Below, piece after piece: positions 60,170-64,000 of a DNA stretch of 64,000 nt (the first letter of the stretch is position 1; every line of letters begins with the position of its first letter). Under the pieces are notes generated by a model. That model ran no database searches and was not told the DNA's origin. It was given only the letters and a program-made list of their open reading frames with translations. The stretch is from Hyphochytrium catenoides. Taxonomy: Eukaryota > Protista > Hyphochytriomycota. The stretch is taken from the NCBI GenBank assembly GCA_900088475.1, contig FLMG01002209.1, positions 2,176 through 66,175 of the forward strand, read 5' to 3'. The translations under genes and the position numbers were made by a program.

Positions 60170-61305
60170 ATTGAAGAGAAAAGAAGAGAGAGAGAGAGAA
60201 AGAGGGAGAGAGATGGCGCACTGCAAGAGAGACAGATGTATCTTTATGGCTGGGTTTCTACTGCGTAAGATTGTGGAGAGAAAGAGAAATGAAAGAGAGA
60301 CAGATTAGGGTTAGATGGCAGTAGAAGAGTGCAAGAGAGAGAGAGAGAGAGAGAGAGTGAGAGAGAGAAAGAATGAGGTCACTTTGAAGATAACAGCCAC
60401 CAAGACCCCAAATGGACAGCGGTTGTGCACTTATGCATAACAAGCAGACAAATGTGGGGGAGAGAGAAAGGGAGAGAGAAAGGGAGAGAGAGAGAGACAG
60501 ATAGACAGACAGGCAGACAGAGAGAGAGAACAAGCGTAGGAATGTATAGAGAGGCCCTTTAGTCCGAAGGACGAAGGAAGAGGAAGCAGAATTTAGACCT
60601 TTCACTTCATGGTGCCAATAAAGGAGAACGAAAGGAGTAAATCGCCTGCAACCACCTGGCTCTACAGAGAGAGAGAGAGAGAGAGTGTGTCAGTGTCCGG
60701 GTCAACCTCAGCATGTCTCTCTTAGCATCTCTCTCTCTCTCTCTCTGTCCCTACGTCTTCTCTCTCCTCTCTCTTTCCGGACCTCTGCTTTCCCTCCTTC
60801 TTTGGCCCTGCTGACCTTCGCTATGAAGCGCTGTGATGCCCTTGTTTTTCCTTACAGTCGAGGTCGTGCGCCGTTATTCGGCCGCTAGACAATGTGTGTC
60901 TCTCTCTCTCCAGAGAGAGACAAGATCAGAGAAGAAACCCAATAAAGAGAGACGAAGAGAAGAGACAGATTGTGGGGGATCTGATGGGAAATGTACGACC
61001 GAGCTGACTAGAAGAGCTTTTGCCAGCTTTTTGGTTAGAGAGAGAGAGAGACACACACAGAAAGAAGTGTGGATTTGGTGCCGCGACCTTCGTTTTCCCT
61101 TACCTTCCATCACCGGCGGTCTCGATGCTAATAGATTAACCACCAGGGTCAGAACGATACCCTAGTGCTCTCTCTGTCTCTCTCTCTCTCGGTCTCTCTC
61201 TGTCCCTCTTTCTCCCTCTCTCTCTCTTGACACTCTCTCTGTTTATCTCTCACACTCTCTCTCTCTGTCCGCTCTCCCTCTCCCTCTCCCTCTCTTACCT
61301 CTCGT

Positions 61306-61348
<43 letters not shown>

Positions 61349-62223
61349 NNNNNNCTCTCTCTCTCTCTCTCTCTCTCTCCCTCCCAATCCTCTCCACTTC
61401 CCTCTCTTACCCCTTCTTCAGCCTCGTTCTGCTCTGTCTCTTTCCCTGTGTGTCTCTATCGACTCTCTTTGTGAGCCCTTAGGCAGTCCGTAAGCCCACT
61501 CTGTCTTGCGCTCTGTCTCGGAGCGCCTGAGCAATTGCATTTTGGCTCTTTCTCTTCCCAATGGTTTAGAGCCATGTCGTCCTCACTCTGTCTCAACGAT
61601 TCAATATTCTGTCTCTTTATATACCCTTATTAAGCTCTGGATTTGTCTACCTTATCAATTAACAGACGTATATCGTTGTCGCTCTGACTGCCGCTCACAA
61701 GGATATTCATAACCCCGAGCTAGCAGAGGACTTAGTGTACCCAAACCTTCTCCCCCAACACCACAACAACACACTCAAAAGGTGCGAGTTTACTATGGGA
61801 AACCTATAAAACAGACCGGTACACACGGTTAACATAGATTCACCTGATTACTCTTTAGCCGCCCTGCCTTACCTTTGTTAATCAATAATTCTCTTAAGTC
61901 CCGATTATCAGCCGTATGGCTGAGCTACTGCACCGATGTCTGGGTATAACCCGTTCTTAATATAATTCTCATTGAGTTTGTCCTGTCGCCCGAATATTGG
62001 CCGCTGCCAAGTCTAGAGGTCCCACCCATGATAATAATACGTCGAGAGGGTGAAGATAGATAGAGGCTTTAATGTTAAGAGCGAGGGATAGTAATACAGA
62101 CCCAGACCGCAACGGGAAACAGAATTCTAGGAGAGTCAGTGTCTTCCCCTATTTCTCTCTCTCTCTCTCTCTCTCTCNNNNNNNNNNNNNNNNNNNNNNN
62201 NNNNCTCTCTTTCTCTCTTCTCC

Positions 62224-62255
<32 letters not shown>

Positions 62256-62387
62256 TCTGCTCAAGGTTCGAAGTAGGATACTCCACTTTCCACCCGTTGA
62301 TCTGTCTCTCCGTCTCTCACTGTGTAGTTGCGCCCTGAGAGCCAAAGATCTCTCTCTCTCAGTCAGTGCTGTTGCACAATAAAACGC

Positions 62388-62420
<33 letters not shown>

Positions 62421-62947
62421 ACATACTCTGTCTGTTCCTCTCGGACTCGAAATGCGAGACACACTAATGGCGGCAGTTGAAGTGACAAACTGTGGCGCTC
62501 ACTCCTCTCTCCTCCCCGCGCCGTCAACAATCCAATCCGCACATTTCTCGTCAAGACAAAGAGGGAGGGGGAGATAGATGACAAAGAAAAGAAAGAGAAG
62601 AGACGAGGGAGAGAGAGAGGGAATAGTTCTAAAGAGAGAGAGAGAGAGAAGATCACCCAGAAGTTTCTGGCAGACAATGGGGAAGCGGAAGCGATAAGGG
62701 CCACCCCGCCACTTGTTTTGGCTCTGATGTAAGGTCTGGGGCGCAGGACTCCTTGTTTGATGGGATAAGAGAGAGAGAATAGCTAATAAAGAGGAGGAAA
62801 GAGAGAGAGAGAGAGACACGGACAGTGGTCGTGGGAGATGGCGCAGAGAGAGAGAAAGGGACACACTTTCACAGACCTTGCGGGAGAGAGACGCGCACAG
62901 GGATCGAGAGAGACACGGAGAGAGAGAGACAAGCACATACAGGTCGG

Positions 62948-62981
<34 letters not shown>

Positions 62982-64000
62982 CCCTGACGGCCAACGTAGG
63001 GAAGAACGGAACTTCAGGGCCGAGTCTTTCTGCTGGGCTGACGCTGCTTCTACCTTTCATTTGTTTCGGCGATTCGTCCTTGTAGGGTTATTAGCTAGAG
63101 AACTTTGCCTGTCCAGGGAAAGGCCTTGCCTCTTCAGCGCCATCAGAACTTCAGAGCACCGTTTGCGGGCATCTCCACAGCGGCTGAAAGCCTCGACATC
63201 AGGTCTTCCCAGCTTTAGAACTCTGACCTCTGGCGATGAAGAGCATGAAAGTGCTTAGAGTTAACTCTCAGCTGCCGTGTCTGGAGCTCTGTCTTTCTAT
63301 TTCTATCACTAGGGCTAATGGATCTCTCTTCCTGCTTCATTGACCATCTGCCCAGCCTTGAGGTGATGTCTTACTGCCTTTCCTCTTTCCTCTGACGGAG
63401 GATGTAGAAGAAAAGAGAGAAGAGAAGCGCGCTGAGTAACGTTTGGCGCCTGATGAAGAGAGAGAGAAGAAATTCAGAGAGAAGAGAGGATAGTACACGG
63501 CTCATGCCCCACGCAGATGAGAAGAGAGGGACGAAGAGGAAGAGAGAGAGAGAGAGAGAGAAAGAAGAGAAGGAGCAGACCTCGTAGGTTTTACCTCTAT
63601 TTGTCACTTTTTATAAAAAGGGAAGACGACTTGTGGAGCTTTAGAAACGGTGAGCCTTCCTGCCACCTCTAACATGGGCAGACTCAGACCGAAAGACAGA
63701 GAGAGAGAGGGAGAAAGAGAGACATTTCTACTGGCAGCCCACTCCTTACACGGAAAAGAGAGAGGACATGGCAGACAGCATAGCAGTCTGTATGCCTTAG
63801 GTCAGCTGTTAGAAAGTGTGTGTGCGAGATAGAGAAGAGAGAGAGAGAAGAGATGTCAGAGTCTCTCTTCTTCCTGTTCTGCTCCCGCGCGAGAACCCTC
63901 ACTTAGACGGAGAATCTCACGCTTCATTGGAGCCACGTGCACAGGAGAGACACTTTCTTCCGCCATCGCTGCGGGAAGAGACGGAGATGAAGAGAGAGAC
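60170..64000. repeat. Region dominated by (GA)n/(CT)n microsatellites; similar tracts at ~3440, 4425, 7600, 9520, 35210, 46475, 54040, 56240, 58980
   Basis: Long perfect and imperfect GA/CT dinucleotide runs; gaps at 61349-61354 and 62178-62203 lie inside such runs. Confidence 0.95.

Noticed and set aside
61699-61706. Minus-strand ATATCCTT upstream of the kinase gene
   Set aside because: No CCTTAAC branch or AC acceptor was found downstream.
63057-63255. Minus-strand ~65-codon open stretch resembling a terminal exon
   Set aside because: No convincing acceptor, upstream exon or domain within the window.

Overview
Eukaryotic, intron-rich DNA with dense (GA/CT)n microsatellites and six N-gaps. 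It is most likely a stramenopile, probably an oomycete-like lineage; this is inferred from the acyl-CoA synthetase and AGC kinase sequence style, RxL-type secretion motifs and a U12 intron, and is not verified. The window has two compartments. (1) About 1-17.5 kb is gene-sparse: a decayed chromodomain-bearing Ty3/Gypsy LTR retrotransposon and three apparently intronless secreted-protein genes on the + strand. Two are divergent paralogs with recessed signal peptides, RxLR/EER-like motifs and a shared C-terminal helical domain; the third is a tectonin-like beta-propeller lectin with QRLR/RLL motifs. (2) About 18-60 kb is gene-dense and spliced: NEPRO/RMP1-like (with an AT-AC minor-spliceosome intron), a ~4,000-aa MBD9/BAZ-like chromatin reader carrying PDZ-like and TALE-homeodomain modules, a two-ring AAA ATPase with both Walker B glutamates substituted, a bubblegum-type acyl-CoA synthetase, Kish/TMEM167 head-to-head with TRAPPC4, and a 14-exon gene joining PH-PH-zinc ribbon, an ARB2/FAM172 domain and an AGC kinase. 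Exon structures were built by hand from splice signals and frame continuity; no database searches were run.
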